This document shows, piece by piece, positions 28,725-38,666 of a DNA stretch of 64,000 nt; position 1 is the stretch's first letter, and each line of letters opens with the position of its first letter. The notes beneath the pieces were generated by a model. That model was not told where the DNA came from. It did no database searches and saw nothing but the letters and a program-made list of their open reading frames with translations. This DNA comes from Cenarchaeum sp. (GTDB lineage: Archaea > Thermoproteota > Nitrososphaeria > Nitrososphaerales > Nitrosopumilaceae). A program made the position numbers and the translations under genes. Where the stretch lies: positions 256,001 to 320,000 of the forward strand of contig CBDESU010000001.1 in NCBI GenBank assembly GCA_965242695.1. Direction: 5' to 3'.

Positions 28725-29248
28725 GCGGCCTCGACGAGCTCGTCGCCTGGGTCACGGGCCTGGTATCCGAGCACCTGTTCGCCGGCGTCTTTCTGGCGGC
28801 CCTCGTCGAGACCGTCTTTCCGCCCATACCGACGCTTGCCATATTCCCGCTGGCCGGCTACGTCGCCTCGCAGAGCGGGCTCGATGCGGCCGGGGCCGTC
28901 GCCCTGGGGGTGGTCGGCGGGGCCGGCGCAACGATCGGCTCGACGGCGATCTACGCCGTCTCGCGCAGGCTCGGCAGGGCCGCCCTGCTCAGGTACATGC
29001 GGTACGCCCGCGTCGACGACGCAAAGCTGGCGCGCGTCGAGGCGTGGTTTGCCGCGCACGGGGACAAGGCCGTCTTCCTTGGACGCCTGGTCCCCGTAAT
29101 GCGCGAGATGATCTCGGTGCCCGCCGGCATCCTCCGCATGCCGGTCCCAAAGTTCCTGCTGTTCACGTTCGCCGGCTCGTGCGTGTGGAGCACGGGCGTG
29201 ATCCTGGCGGGGTACTACTTTGGGGTGTCCGTGTTCGGGGCGCACTGA
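28721..29248 (+). CDS. DedA family membrane protein
   Basis: E.VFPPIP...I.PLAG; WF..HG..AVFLGRLVP.MRE.IS.PAG...M...F. Confidence 0.92.
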   Translation: MSGLDELVAWVTGLVSEHLFAGVFLAALVETVFPPIPTLAIFPLAGYVASQSGLDAAGAVALGVVGGAGATIGSTAIYAVSRRLGRAALLRYMRYARVDDAKLARVEAWFAAHGDKAVFLGRLVPVMREMISVPAGILRMPVPKFLLFTFAGSCVWSTGVILAGYYFGVSVFGAH

Positions 29249-29718
29249 CGCGGCGGCGCGCCTTGGGACGGCGGGCGCGGGCCGGGGCGGCCGCCGCGCC
29301 GCCTCTTGGGCCGGGACGCGGCATCACGCCTGGACAGGCGCGGGGCATCGGGGAGGCCACTCTGCAGCCTTGCGCCCTGTGCCGCAACCTGGCGGCCTGG
29401 CGCCCGGCCCCGGCTGCCGATGCGGACCGGGCGGCATTGCGGGATGTGGCGGCCCGCCCGCGTTCGGCGCCCTTGATGGGCGCGGCCGTCCGGGCAGGCG
29501 TGCGGCACAGGCCCAAAACAATGCGCCGTATTGCGCGCCATGGCCGGGCGCGGGCGGCGCTCGGATGCGCGCCCGAACAATACGCCGTACTGCGCGGCGC
29601 CGCCGTTGCGCCGGCCACCCGCACACTGTCCATCTCGCGCGGGATGCCGCCGGCAGGCTGCCCACTGGCTGCTGTGCGGCACTGCCGCCCCGGCCGGACC
29701 GAGTGGCCGCCCCGGCTG

Positions 29719-30200
29719 CGATCTCAGCCGCGCCGTCCTGCCCGCCGCCGACTGCCGCCCCGGCCGCGCCTGTCGGCCCTCTCCCCCTCCGCATCGCCGC
29801 CCCTCTCGGGCGCCCCCTCGCCCGGCATCGCGGGGTCTGCCATGGGCGAGCGGCCGGCGGCAAGCACGAACGGAGTATCCGATGCGGCCATGCGCGGGGG
29901 CGCGAGCGGAGCGGCGACCTCGCCGGCCGCGGAGATTCTGCCCGCCCATTGACTGCGCCGGGAGCGGGCGCGCCGGCCGGCCCGAGCCGCCCGCTCCACT
30001 GCCCGCCCGCCCCGGGCGCGCCAAGGCCGAGCGGCTCGGCCGCGCCGGCGCCGACCACTCCTGCATACCTTGCAAAGGGCGAGCCCGTCGCGCCGGCACC
30101 GGGACGGTCCCGAGCCCGACCGAAATGTCCTGCAGCATCCCGACGCTTGCCCCCGACCGCAGCCCGCCGCCGAGCCCTGCAAGCCCCCCGCGCAGCCCGC
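29719..30200 (-). pseudogene. degenerate duplicate of the 3' end of the VirB6-like gene (matches 33945-34446)
   Basis: Shares GGLAGLGGGLRSGASVGMLQDISVGLGTVP and the terminal TGA context; carries indels. Confidence 0.85.
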
Positions 30201-30769
30201 GGCGCGCTGGTACGAACAACCGACCGCATCTCCTGTCCTATAGGCGGCAGGTTCCCCGCCACGGGCCATGCGCCTGCCAGGCGCAAATTTTGTCCCTGTG
30301 CAGCGCCGCACATGGCCGGCAGGACGAGGGGCATCTGGGCTGTGACAAGGGTTCGTCGCATTCTGAACTGCGAGATCTGCGGAGCTCTGCGGACAGAGGA
30401 GACGCGGCGCGGCGGCCTGACCGGCACATCGCAGCTAGACGCGTCCATCAGTATCCGCTCAAGGTGCGAGTGCGGATGCTTCGACCGCGCTGACATGCAC
30501 AACGACCCTGTAAAGGCACCCGACAGCCGGTTAGATGTGGTCGGGCGGATCGTGTCCGCGCACTTTGCAGGGGCCGCAGCCCGTGGTGCGACAGCCGCGA
30601 GGCCGGCGGTAGCATCCGTGTCATGTACATCTGGGATCTGCTCGACGTGGGGAGCGGCCGGCGGTGCGCGCGGCTGCCATGCGCATGGGATCAAACTCGC
30701 CTGTCGCCACGCCAAGCAGCGGGCGCATGCGCGGGTGGACTTAAAAATAGGGCGGGCGGGGGCGGCGGC

Positions 30770-31828
30770 ATGGCGAGGAGTGGCGGACGGGATGCGGCAT
30801 CCGTGGCCGATCTGTCCTGCGGCGTCATCGGTTTGGCATACGGATTTGCCAAGGCGACCATTCGCGTCACGGCTGGCAACGGCACCGACGAGCCGTGCAG
30901 GTACGCGTTCAAGGCCAACGCGGGCTCCAAGTTCATCTGCAGGTCGGTCGAAGACCTTGCCGTGGACAACCTGTCCGGCCTCTACAGGCGGAGCGGCAGG
31001 CGCGTCCTGATCGGATGCGTCCCGTGCCGGCCGTTTTCCAGCTACGGCGGGAACCGATCGCCCGGCACGCGGTGGTTCCCACTCGACGCGTTTGCGCGGC
31101 TTGTACGCGGCACGTCTCTCCCCGTGGCCTCGATGGAAAACGTGTCGCACCTGCGCCCGCGTGCCATATTTGAAAAATTTCTCAAGCGCCTCAAGGGCGG
31201 GATGTGCCGCGCCAGGCACGACGCTGCAACCTGCTCCGACTACGGCACTCCGCAGACCATACGAAGGCCGGTACTGCTCGCGTCAATGCCCGGGGACGCA
31301 GGCGCGATCAACAGGGCGCACCGCGTGGGTCTGCCCGCCGTGCGTGACGCCGTCGGATATCTCGATCCCATACGGGCCGGATGCATCTCCCCCCAGCATC
31401 CTCGCCACAGGTCGCGCGATCTCCTCGCCGCCGACCTTGAGCGCATCTCGCAGACCACGCGGGGCGGCGGGCGGAGGGGCTGGGTTCGCCGGCTTGTCCT
31501 CCCATGCCGCAGGATGCAGTCGAGGCGATCGTACGACCGCGCGCACGGCCGCATGCGGCGGGATCGGCCGACCCCTGCGACAACCCTGCAGGCCATGGCG
31601 CTCGGGAGCGGGCGGTTTGGCCGCACTGAGCAGGATGGGGTGCCGTCCCTCGGGGAGGCGGCACCGATCAGGGCGTTCCCGCGCGGCCACGAGCTCGAGC
31701 TAGGAGGATCCGGCATTCGGATTGGCACGGAGGCAAGGCACATGGGAAACACCGTGCCCGCCGCCCTTGGGAATGTGATCGCGCTGAGCGCAAAGGGGAA
31801 CTTGGTGGGGCACGATGGCGGGGTATAG
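30770..31828 (+). CDS. C5-cytosine DNA methyltransferase, motif-degenerate (possibly inactive)
   Basis: DLSCG (for DLFCG), GCVPCRPFS (for PCQ), MENV, DYGTPQTIRR (for PQ.R.R) and GNTVP. Confidence 0.8.
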   Translation: MARSGGRDAASVADLSCGVIGLAYGFAKATIRVTAGNGTDEPCRYAFKANAGSKFICRSVEDLAVDNLSGLYRRSGRRVLIGCVPCRPFSSYGGNRSPGTRWFPLDAFARLVRGTSLPVASMENVSHLRPRAIFEKFLKRLKGGMCRARHDAATCSDYGTPQTIRRPVLLASMPGDAGAINRAHRVGLPAVRDAVGYLDPIRAGCISPQHPRHRSRDLLAADLERISQTTRGGGRRGWVRRLVLPCRRMQSRRSYDRAHGRMRRDRPTPATTLQAMALGSGRFGRTEQDGVPSLGEAAPIRAFPRGHELELGGSGIRIGTEARHMGNTVPAALGNVIALSAKGNLVGHDGGV

Positions 31829-33785
31829 CCTCACGATAGGGCTAAACGCCCTGAACCACCTGGGCGTCAACCTGTACAGCAGCGTGCCGGCGGTCCTGTC
31901 GGAGGCCGTGGCAAACGCCTGGGATGCCGACGCCCGGAACGTCTCGATAGACATCGGCGCCGACTCGATAACAATCGTAGACGACGGGCACGGTATGTCG
32001 CGGGACGACTGCAACAAGAAGTTCCTGACCGTGGGCTACGCCAGGAGGAAGGAGGGCGGAAGATCCCCCGGCGGCAGGGTGGTGATCGGCAGGAAGGGGA
32101 TCGGAAAGCTGTCCCTCTTTTCGATTGCAGACGTGATAGAGATTCACACCGCAAGGAAGGGCAGCCGTGCCGACAGGTCGGGCTTTGTCATGGACATAAA
32201 CAGGATACGGGACAAGATCGAGAGGGGGGGCTCGTCCACCACTACATGCGAGCTGGAAGAGGTCGACGAGTCGAGGATCGAGATCGATCACGGGACCAGA
32301 ATCAAGCTGACGGGGCTGAACAGGAGGATAGGGCGCGATGCAAAGGCCGTGCGTAAGAACCTTGCGAGGCGGTTCAGCATAATCGATCCGGCCCACAGCT
32401 TCAGCGTGACGGTCAACGGGGATGCCGTCACCATCAACGACAGGGACTACTGGCCCAGGCTCGAGTACGTCTGGTACATGGGAAGCGAGGGCGACAGGAT
32501 AACCCGCCAGTGCAAGTGCAAGAGGGCAGAGATCGACGAAGCAGTCGACAACGACAGGGAGTACAGGGTCAGCGGCTGGGTGGGCACCGTAAAGAAACAG
32601 GAGGATATAGACGACGGCAACAACAGGATAACCGTAATGGCGAGGGGAAAGATCATACACGAAGACATTCTCAGCGGCATCAAGGAGGGAGGCGTGTTTT
32701 CAAAGTACATCATAGGCGAGATACGGGCGGACTTCCTCGACATCGACGAGGAGGAGGACATTGCCACGAGCAGCAGGCAGAGCGTCATAGAGGACAGCCC
32801 GCGGTTTATAGCGCTGAGGGAATACGTCAAGTCGACAGTAATCAAGAAGATACAGTCGGAGTGGACCAAGTTCCGGACGGAAAACGCCAAGGACGATGCG
32901 CTAAGCGATCCCGCCGTCAGAGAATGGTTCGAGAACCTGTCGTCCGGCAACCGGAGGTACGCCGAGCGCCTGTTCCAAAAGATAGAGACGTTCAAGGCAC
33001 TCGGAACAGAGTCCAAGATCGAGCTGTACAAGGCCACCATCGTCGCATTCGAGACCCTTGCCATGTACGAGCAGCTTTCGGCACTCGACAGAGTCCGCGA
33101 GGGCGAAGGGCTGGACGAGTTCCTCAGGGTCCTAGGCGACGTGGACAAGCTCGAGGCTGCCCACTACCTGGACATAACGCGCTGCCGCCTAGAGATCCTC
33201 AAGAACTTTCAGGACCTGGTGGACGAGGACGCAAAGGAAAGGGTACTGCAGAAGTACCTGTTTGATCACCTGTGGCTGCTCGACCCCTCCTGGGACAGGG
33301 CGGGGGAGGACAAGGAGATGGAGAAGAGCCTCAAGTCTGCATTTGGGGCCATTGATGCGAACCTTACAAAGGACGAGGAGAGTGCCCGCGTGGACATACG
33401 CTACAGGACATATGCGGGGATGCACGTCATCGTCGAGCTCAAGAGGCACAGCGCAAAGGTGAACATACACCGCCTGACCGAGCAGATCGAAAAGTACAAC
33501 GACGCAATGGTAAAGATCCTCGAGGCGCGCCAGGACCCCCACCAGCAGATCAGCATCGTCTGCGTGCTTGGCGGCGAGCCGGGCCCGGGCAGGGACGCCA
33601 AAAAGAAGCAGGAGCAGCTGAAGATACACAACGGGAGGTACGTGACATACGAGTCGCTGATCCACGGCGCGCGGCAGGCGTATGCCGACTACATCGAAAA
33701 ATGGGAGGGCGTGAAGAACATCAAGGATCTGGTCGAGCGCATAAAGTTTGATCAACCGCGGCCCGGCCCAGACAGGGGCGGCTGA
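31815..33785 (+). CDS. GHKL(MORC-like) ATPase-fused restriction endonuclease, HgiDII/BbrUII-like
   Basis: LNHLG.NLYS..PAVLSE.VANAWDADA, DDGHGM, GRKGIGKLS; C-terminal E...QKYLF.HLWLLDPSW...RVDI.Y...IVELKR. Overlaps the C5-MTase gene. Confidence 0.82.
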   Translation: MAGYSLTIGLNALNHLGVNLYSSVPAVLSEAVANAWDADARNVSIDIGADSITIVDDGHGMSRDDCNKKFLTVGYARRKEGGRSPGGRVVIGRKGIGKLSLFSIADVIEIHTARKGSRADRSGFVMDINRIRDKIERGGSSTTTCELEEVDESRIEIDHGTRIKLTGLNRRIGRDAKAVRKNLARRFSIIDPAHSFSVTVNGDAVTINDRDYWPRLEYVWYMGSEGDRITRQCKCKRAEIDEAVDNDREYRVSGWVGTVKKQEDIDDGNNRITVMARGKIIHEDILSGIKEGGVFSKYIIGEIRADFLDIDEEEDIATSSRQSVIEDSPRFIALREYVKSTVIKKIQSEWTKFRTENAKDDALSDPAVREWFENLSSGNRRYAERLFQKIETFKALGTESKIELYKATIVAFETLAMYEQLSALDRVREGEGLDEFLRVLGDVDKLEAAHYLDITRCRLEILKNFQDLVDEDAKERVLQKYLFDHLWLLDPSWDRAGEDKEMEKSLKSAFGAIDANLTKDEESARVDIRYRTYAGMHVIVELKRHSAKVNIHRLTEQIEKYNDAMVKILEARQDPHQQISIVCVLGGEPGPGRDAKKKQEQLKIHNGRYVTYESLIHGARQAYADYIEKWEGVKNIKDLVERIKFDQPRPGPDRGG

Positions 33786-33949
33786 GCGCCAAGTGCCGCG
33801 GCGACTAGTGGCCGGCGGCGGCTCCCGACTCCTTCCGGGGCCGCATGCCGCTGGGGCGACGTGGGAAAACTGGGTTGGTCACAAGGCGACGCATCCGACA
33901 AAGGACAGGTGGGGCCCCACTAGCCCGAGTGCACGCCTAGGCCTCGATC

Positions 33950-35818
33950 TCAGCCGCGCCGCCCTGCCCGCCGCCGTAGGCGGCCGCCCCGGCCCCGCCT
34001 GTCTCCGCCCTCACCCTCCGCCCCGCCGCCCCTCTCGGGCGCCCTGATCTCGGGCGCCCCTCCGCCCGGCATCGCGGGGTCGGCCATGGGAGGGCGGCCG
34101 GCCGCAAGCGCGAACGGCGGGTCGGACGCGGCCATGCGCGCGGGGCCGAGCGGGGTCGCCGACTCGCCGGCCGCGGACATCCTTCCTCCCAGTCCCTGCG
34201 CGTGCGGCGTGGGCGCGCCGGCCGGCCCGACCAGTCCGCTCCACTGCGCGCCGGCCCCGGCCGCGCCGGGCCAGAGCGGCTCGGACGCGCCGGCGCCGAC
34301 CGCCCCCGCATACCTTGCAAAGGGCGATCCCATCGCGCCGGCGCCGGGAACGGTCCCGAGCCCGACCGAAATGTCCTGCAGCATCCCGACGCTCGCCCCC
34401 GACCGCAGCCCGCCGCCGAGCCCCGCAAGCCCCCCGCGCAGCCCGCCGCCGTCCCTGTACCCGGCGACGGCCCCCGTTCCCGCGCCGTGCGCGACGCTGA
34501 CGGCCCCCGTAACCCCCGACAGCACCGCCGTCCCGACCATCCCCGACGCCTGCCCGACGAGCCCCGCCAGCACGGGCGCCATCAGGAGGGGTATTCCGGT
34601 GGCCAGGAGCAGCAGCGACATGGCCGCGATCCAGAACGTCATCAGGCTGTCGCCCGCATGCCTCCCGTCCTCCATGTCGAGGAGTATGCCGGCGCCCGTG
34701 AACAGGACGGCGGCGGTCATTACGGGGATGAGCAGCAGCGGCACTATCGACTCGAGCATCCTCGAGAATATCGAGCCGACGCGCGGCGCAAACGACAGCA
34801 CGCACAGCAGCGGCAGCAGCGATATGACGAGCGCCAGGAACAGCTCGCGGACCGTCATCGTGACGAGCCCGACGAGCGTGAGAGAAAAGAGCATCATCAC
34901 CTTTGTCATCCCCATGAACACGCCGCTGCCGACGCGCTCGGCGAGGTCCTCTAGCATGCCGAACGCCTGCTCTGCCCCCGTCTGCGCCTCCTCCAGCCCG
35001 TCGGTCGCGCCCCAGAACGCCTTGTGGTACACGTACGAGACCCTCAGGCGCGGATCGCACGGCGACATCGCCTCGGCCTCGGAGACGGCGTCGCGAAACC
35101 TCAGGTTCTGCCCCGCCACGAGGGCCGTCAGGTCGTCGGCCGCCGGCGAGACCTCGTACGGGACGCGGGTGTCGCGCGCCGACGGGTCGCGCCTGCCGGC
35201 GGGCCCCGCCGGCCCCTCCTCGTACACGCCGGGCAGGCACCCGTCGAGCCCCTCGGAGCCGCGTACAGCGCGCGGCTCGAGCGTGTAGAGCGGGTTGAGC
35301 AGCAGTATTCCGAGCCTCTCGGACTCGACGGCGGCCGCGTCCCACGCGGGGACGAACACGGAGACCAGGACGACCATGCCGAGGAACCGCATGAACAGCG
35401 GCCTTGCCGAGCCGCGCGGCCACACGCCTGCCGCCTCGGCCCAGGCCGCAAACAGGACGTAGCCGAGGACGGCGACCGAGCCTGCCAGGAACACGTTGCG
35501 CCGCATGAGCTCGAACGTGACGAGGTTCGACGTCGGCTCGGTGTAGCCGGCTAGCATGTCGTACCCCGCTATGCCGCGCTCGTCCTCGAAGAACTTTGGG
35601 TTGTGGAAGCCGGCCGAGATGAGCTCTTCGCGCAGGACGGACGTCTCGTTGGCGGCAAAGACGAGGAACGACATGAGCAGCAGGAACGTCGTCGTCAGTA
35701 CGAGCACGCCGCTCACGCCAAAGTCGGCGCGCGAGCTGCCCGACAGGAACCGGAGGGCGGCTCCGCCCCCGCGGCGCCGGCTGGGGGGCATCCCGTCAGC
35801 CCCCCTCTCCCGCCGCAT
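33950..35818 (-). CDS. multi-pass membrane protein, VirB6/TrbL-like
   Basis: About 8 TM segments, VRELFL.L.ISLLPLL.VL...P motif, Gly-rich C-terminal tail. Context with PrgI-like and VirB4-like genes. Confidence 0.6.
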   Translation of the reverse strand: MRRERGADGMPPSRRRGGGAALRFLSGSSRADFGVSGVLVLTTTFLLLMSFLVFAANETSVLREELISAGFHNPKFFEDERGIAGYDMLAGYTEPTSNLVTFELMRRNVFLAGSVAVLGYVLFAAWAEAAGVWPRGSARPLFMRFLGMVVLVSVFVPAWDAAAVESERLGILLLNPLYTLEPRAVRGSEGLDGCLPGVYEEGPAGPAGRRDPSARDTRVPYEVSPAADDLTALVAGQNLRFRDAVSEAEAMSPCDPRLRVSYVYHKAFWGATDGLEEAQTGAEQAFGMLEDLAERVGSGVFMGMTKVMMLFSLTLVGLVTMTVRELFLALVISLLPLLCVLSFAPRVGSIFSRMLESIVPLLLIPVMTAAVLFTGAGILLDMEDGRHAGDSLMTFWIAAMSLLLLATGIPLLMAPVLAGLVGQASGMVGTAVLSGVTGAVSVAHGAGTGAVAGYRDGGGLRGGLAGLGGGLRSGASVGMLQDISVGLGTVPGAGAMGSPFARYAGAVGAGASEPLWPGAAGAGAQWSGLVGPAGAPTPHAQGLGGRMSAAGESATPLGPARMAASDPPFALAAGRPPMADPAMPGGGAPEIRAPERGGGAEGEGGDRRGRGGRLRRRAGRRG

Positions 35819-36569
35819 CGACGAACTCGATCGTGCGCGATGCGATCGTCCCTCCGCCGGCCGCGTCGAGCACCTCGATGCGGCGCAGGCCGGCCCGGGG
35901 GATCAGCGTTACGGTGATCTGCCCCTCGCCGTTGGCCGTGTCGCGGACGAGCTCGGCGCCGTCGACGCGTACGACGACGCCGGCGTGCCCGTGGGCCGCG
36001 CCGATGTCGAGCGTCAGGTCCGCCGGCGCGCAGGCGCCCCCCTCGCCGTCCACGATCGCGACCCGCTCGGCGGCGGCCTCCTCCCCTGCCGACCCTCCGG
36101 CGCGCCGCCCCGCCGCCGCCTGCGCGCCGGATCCCAGGACGTATTCGTCGCCGGGGCCTGCCACCGTATGCGCCCCGCCGCCGTCCCCGCCCGCGCGCGG
36201 GCGGCCGAGCAGGGCGGCAAGGGGGCCGCGCCCCCTCCCGGCCCCCTTTCCGCGCCGGGCGCCCCTTTTGCCCGCGGGGGCGGCAATGCAGGCAAGGGCG
36301 GCATAGTACAGGTACATCTCGGGCATCTCGCCGCGCCACCGGAAGAACGCGGCGGCGGCAAGGATGAGGCCGGCGGCTGCGAGCCACGGCGGCGCCGATC
36401 CCGTAAACGAGAGCATTGCGCATATGACGAACGCGCCGACGTAGCCGAGCTCGCGCACGCTCAGGCTCACGAGGGGGGCGTGGAAGAGCGGCGTGAGAAG
36501 GTCGGACTCGTGTCGGACGGCGATGAACTCTTGGTCGTACGTCACGGCGGCGGCCGCGCCCGTCCGCAT
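35796..36569 (-). CDS. PrgI/VirB3-like membrane protein with C-terminal beta domain
   Basis: F.......D...LF...LS.RELGY, then two TM helices and FRWRGEMPE.YL. Overlaps the VirB6-like gene. Confidence 0.5.
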   Translation of the reverse strand: MRTGAAAAVTYDQEFIAVRHESDLLTPLFHAPLVSLSVRELGYVGAFVICAMLSFTGSAPPWLAAAGLILAAAAFFRWRGEMPEMYLYYAALACIAAPAGKRGARRGKGAGRGRGPLAALLGRPRAGGDGGGAHTVAGPGDEYVLGSGAQAAAGRRAGGSAGEEAAAERVAIVDGEGGACAPADLTLDIGAAHGHAGVVVRVDGAELVRDTANGEGQITVTLIPRAGLRRIEVLDAAGGGTIASRTIEFVDAAGEGG

Positions 36570-36679
36570 TAAAGGGGGGCATGGGATGCTCGGGCAGGCG
36601 AAGCGTCAAAATGCTGTACGTTATTAGTGACCGCCGCGCCGCCCGCCCGGTTCTGATGCGGCGGTCGAGGGCGGTCAAG

Positions 36680-37469
36680 ATGTTCAGGCCAAGGTTCCAC
36701 GCAACGGACTGCGTGGAGTTTATGGGGGCGTGGAGGGGGCCGCGGGCAGACGTGGTCGTCACGTCGCCTCCGTACAACCTCGCCAAGAACTACGGCGGCT
36801 ACGACGACAGGCGCGAGTGGTCCGAGTACCTAGAATGGACGGAGGCATGGGGGGGGGGTGCTGGATGTACTGCACGACGACGGCTCATTCTTCCTCAACG
36901 TGGGCTACACCATGCGGCGGCCGAACATGCCGTTCGATGTCGTCGAGCGCATGTGCCGGGGCGGGCCGGGGTTCAAGCTCCAGAACGTCATCCACTGGAT
37001 CAAGTCGATCTCGATCCCTGAGCGGGGGTTTGCCGCCGGCCACTTCAAGCCGATCAACTCGGAGCGGTTTGTCAACCAGTGCCACGAGTTCATCTTCCAC
37101 CTGACAAAGACCGGCGCGGTAAAGATCGACAAGCTCTCCATAGGGGCCCCGTACGCGGACAAGTCGAACACGGATCGCTGGAGCCACGGCCGCACCGTAC
37201 GCGACAGGGGGAACGTCTGGTTCATCCCGTACGAGCAAAAGAACGCCGGCGACATGATCCACCCGTGCGAATTTCCTCCAGGCCTGCCGGAGATGTGCGT
37301 AAAGCTGCACGGCAGGCGCGACGGCATGCTGGTGTACGATCCGTTCGCGGGGATAGGATCGACGGCGGTTGCATGCAAGAGGCTCGGCGTCCGCAGCGTC
37401 AACACGGAGATCAACGCGCAGTACATCCGGCTAGCCAAGGAGAGGTGGGAGGCGGCCGGCGGTGGCTAG
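36680..37469 (+). pseudogene. N4-cytosine DNA methyltransferase (M.MjaI/M.MthZI-like) frameshifted in a G10 tract (36849-36858)
   Basis: VVTSPPYN in one frame; GSFFLNVG, WIKSISI, GHFKPINS.RF, DKL.IG.PY.DKSN and DPFAGIGST in the next. G9 or G12 restores the frame. Confidence 0.85.
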
Positions 37470-38028
37470 CGCAGTGGGCTTTCCAGCTCTTGTGCACAGG
37501 CTTTCCGGCCATGCCGTCATTGCGATCGACCCACGCCACCCGCTTATCGACACGCTCGAGAAGGGGCTCAACGGCATGCTCAGCCGAGCCAGGTATACGC
37601 GCTACCACGGCGGCCGCGTCAACGAGGTGGGGCGCTCGCTGGAGGCGGAGATACGCGGCATCATAGAGAGCAGCGGAGTGGCCAGTATAGAGCGGCAGCG
37701 CCAGGCCGCAGGGTACCCCGACATGTCGCTCAGGGCTAGGGACGGGACCAGGTGCTACCTGGAGATCAAGACCACGACGGAGAGCGCAAACAGGCCGTCG
37801 ACATTGAGGGCGTTCTACATATCGTCGGGCAACAAGATCACCTCTGACGCCCACCACCTGCTAGTGCACCTCTACGTCACCCAAATTCCAACCGTTGGAA
37901 AAAAGTCCGAGTTCCAACTCAACGGGTGGGTGATCAAGGACCTGCACGGCTTGGCGCTGCGCCCCAAGTTAGAGTACAACGCAAGCCACGCCGACATGTC
38001 TGCCCTGTCTACGCTGGCATCGTCTTAG
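37462..38028 (+). CDS. PD-(D/E)XK type II restriction endonuclease (MthZI-like), partner of the MTase
   Basis: NEVG..LE, GYPD...YLEIKT, R.FY.S...KIT.DA.HLL and LEYNAS motifs. Overlaps the MTase stop. Confidence 0.7.
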   Translation: MASAVGFPALVHRLSGHAVIAIDPRHPLIDTLEKGLNGMLSRARYTRYHGGRVNEVGRSLEAEIRGIIESSGVASIERQRQAAGYPDMSLRARDGTRCYLEIKTTTESANRPSTLRAFYISSGNKITSDAHHLLVHLYVTQIPTVGKKSEFQLNGWVIKDLHGLALRPKLEYNASHADMSALSTLASS

Positions 38029-38200
38029 GCTCGCAGAGCTGCCAGGTCGCGTAATGCTGTTGTACGCACTGTGCAGCTCTGCGCGGGCAAGCTCACGCGC
38101 GGCTCGGAGTGGATTCATGGCCGCCATGGTACGCAGGTGCCGTCGCGATCGCAAGGTGGACCGAATCAAGAAAAAAAGGAGGGGCGCGCCCCTGCGCACC

Positions 38201-38629
38201 CTACCTCACGATGACGGTGAACAGGTTGCGCACCAGCTCGCCGGCCGTAGTGCGGGCGTTGAAGTCGGCGACGACCTCGTCGCCGGGGTACACCTTTGCA
38301 GCGCCCGTGTCGTTGAGGCTGCCGCCGAAGGTGATGGTCCCGTACGGGGCGGCCGGCACACTGCTCGTCAGGTTGCCTATCGCATGGCCGTCGTGCATGA
38401 GGGCGACGGACGCGCCGGCCTCCAGCGAGCTGCTGCCCTGGTTCGTCATGACGAGGTTGGCGACGGCGACCTGCCCGGCCCCGACGTAGAGTATCTGCAT
38501 CGTCTTGGGCGTCATGCTGGTCGTGCTCATGGCTCCCGTGAGGGCGTCGCTTCCAAAGACGGCGACGGCGCCGAGCGCGCCGACCGTTATGACGATCGAC
38601 ATGACGATGGCTATCGGCTTTGAATCCAT
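38201..38629 (-). CDS. archaeal type IV pilin-like protein
   Basis: N-terminal hydrophobic helix (PIAIVMSIVITVGALGAV), then a beta-rich domain with MTNQG and VYPGD. Confidence 0.65.
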   Translation of the reverse strand: MDSKPIAIVMSIVITVGALGAVAVFGSDALTGAMSTTSMTPKTMQILYVGAGQVAVANLVMTNQGSSSLEAGASVALMHDGHAIGNLTSSVPAAPYGTITFGGSLNDTGAAKVYPGDEVVADFNARTTAGELVRNLFTVIVR

Positions 38630-38666
38630 GCAGCGCGGGCGCCCCTTTGAATAAAAGGGCGGGGGG

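Noticed and set aside
29249-29718. tRNA or att site at the island's left border
   Set aside because: No cloverleaf or TTCRA motif is recognisable and no integrase is nearby.
30200-30720. Vsr endonuclease remnant divergent from the C5-MTase
   Set aside because: Only a faint resemblance (MSARSK...LERIL), and no FxHGCFWH motif.
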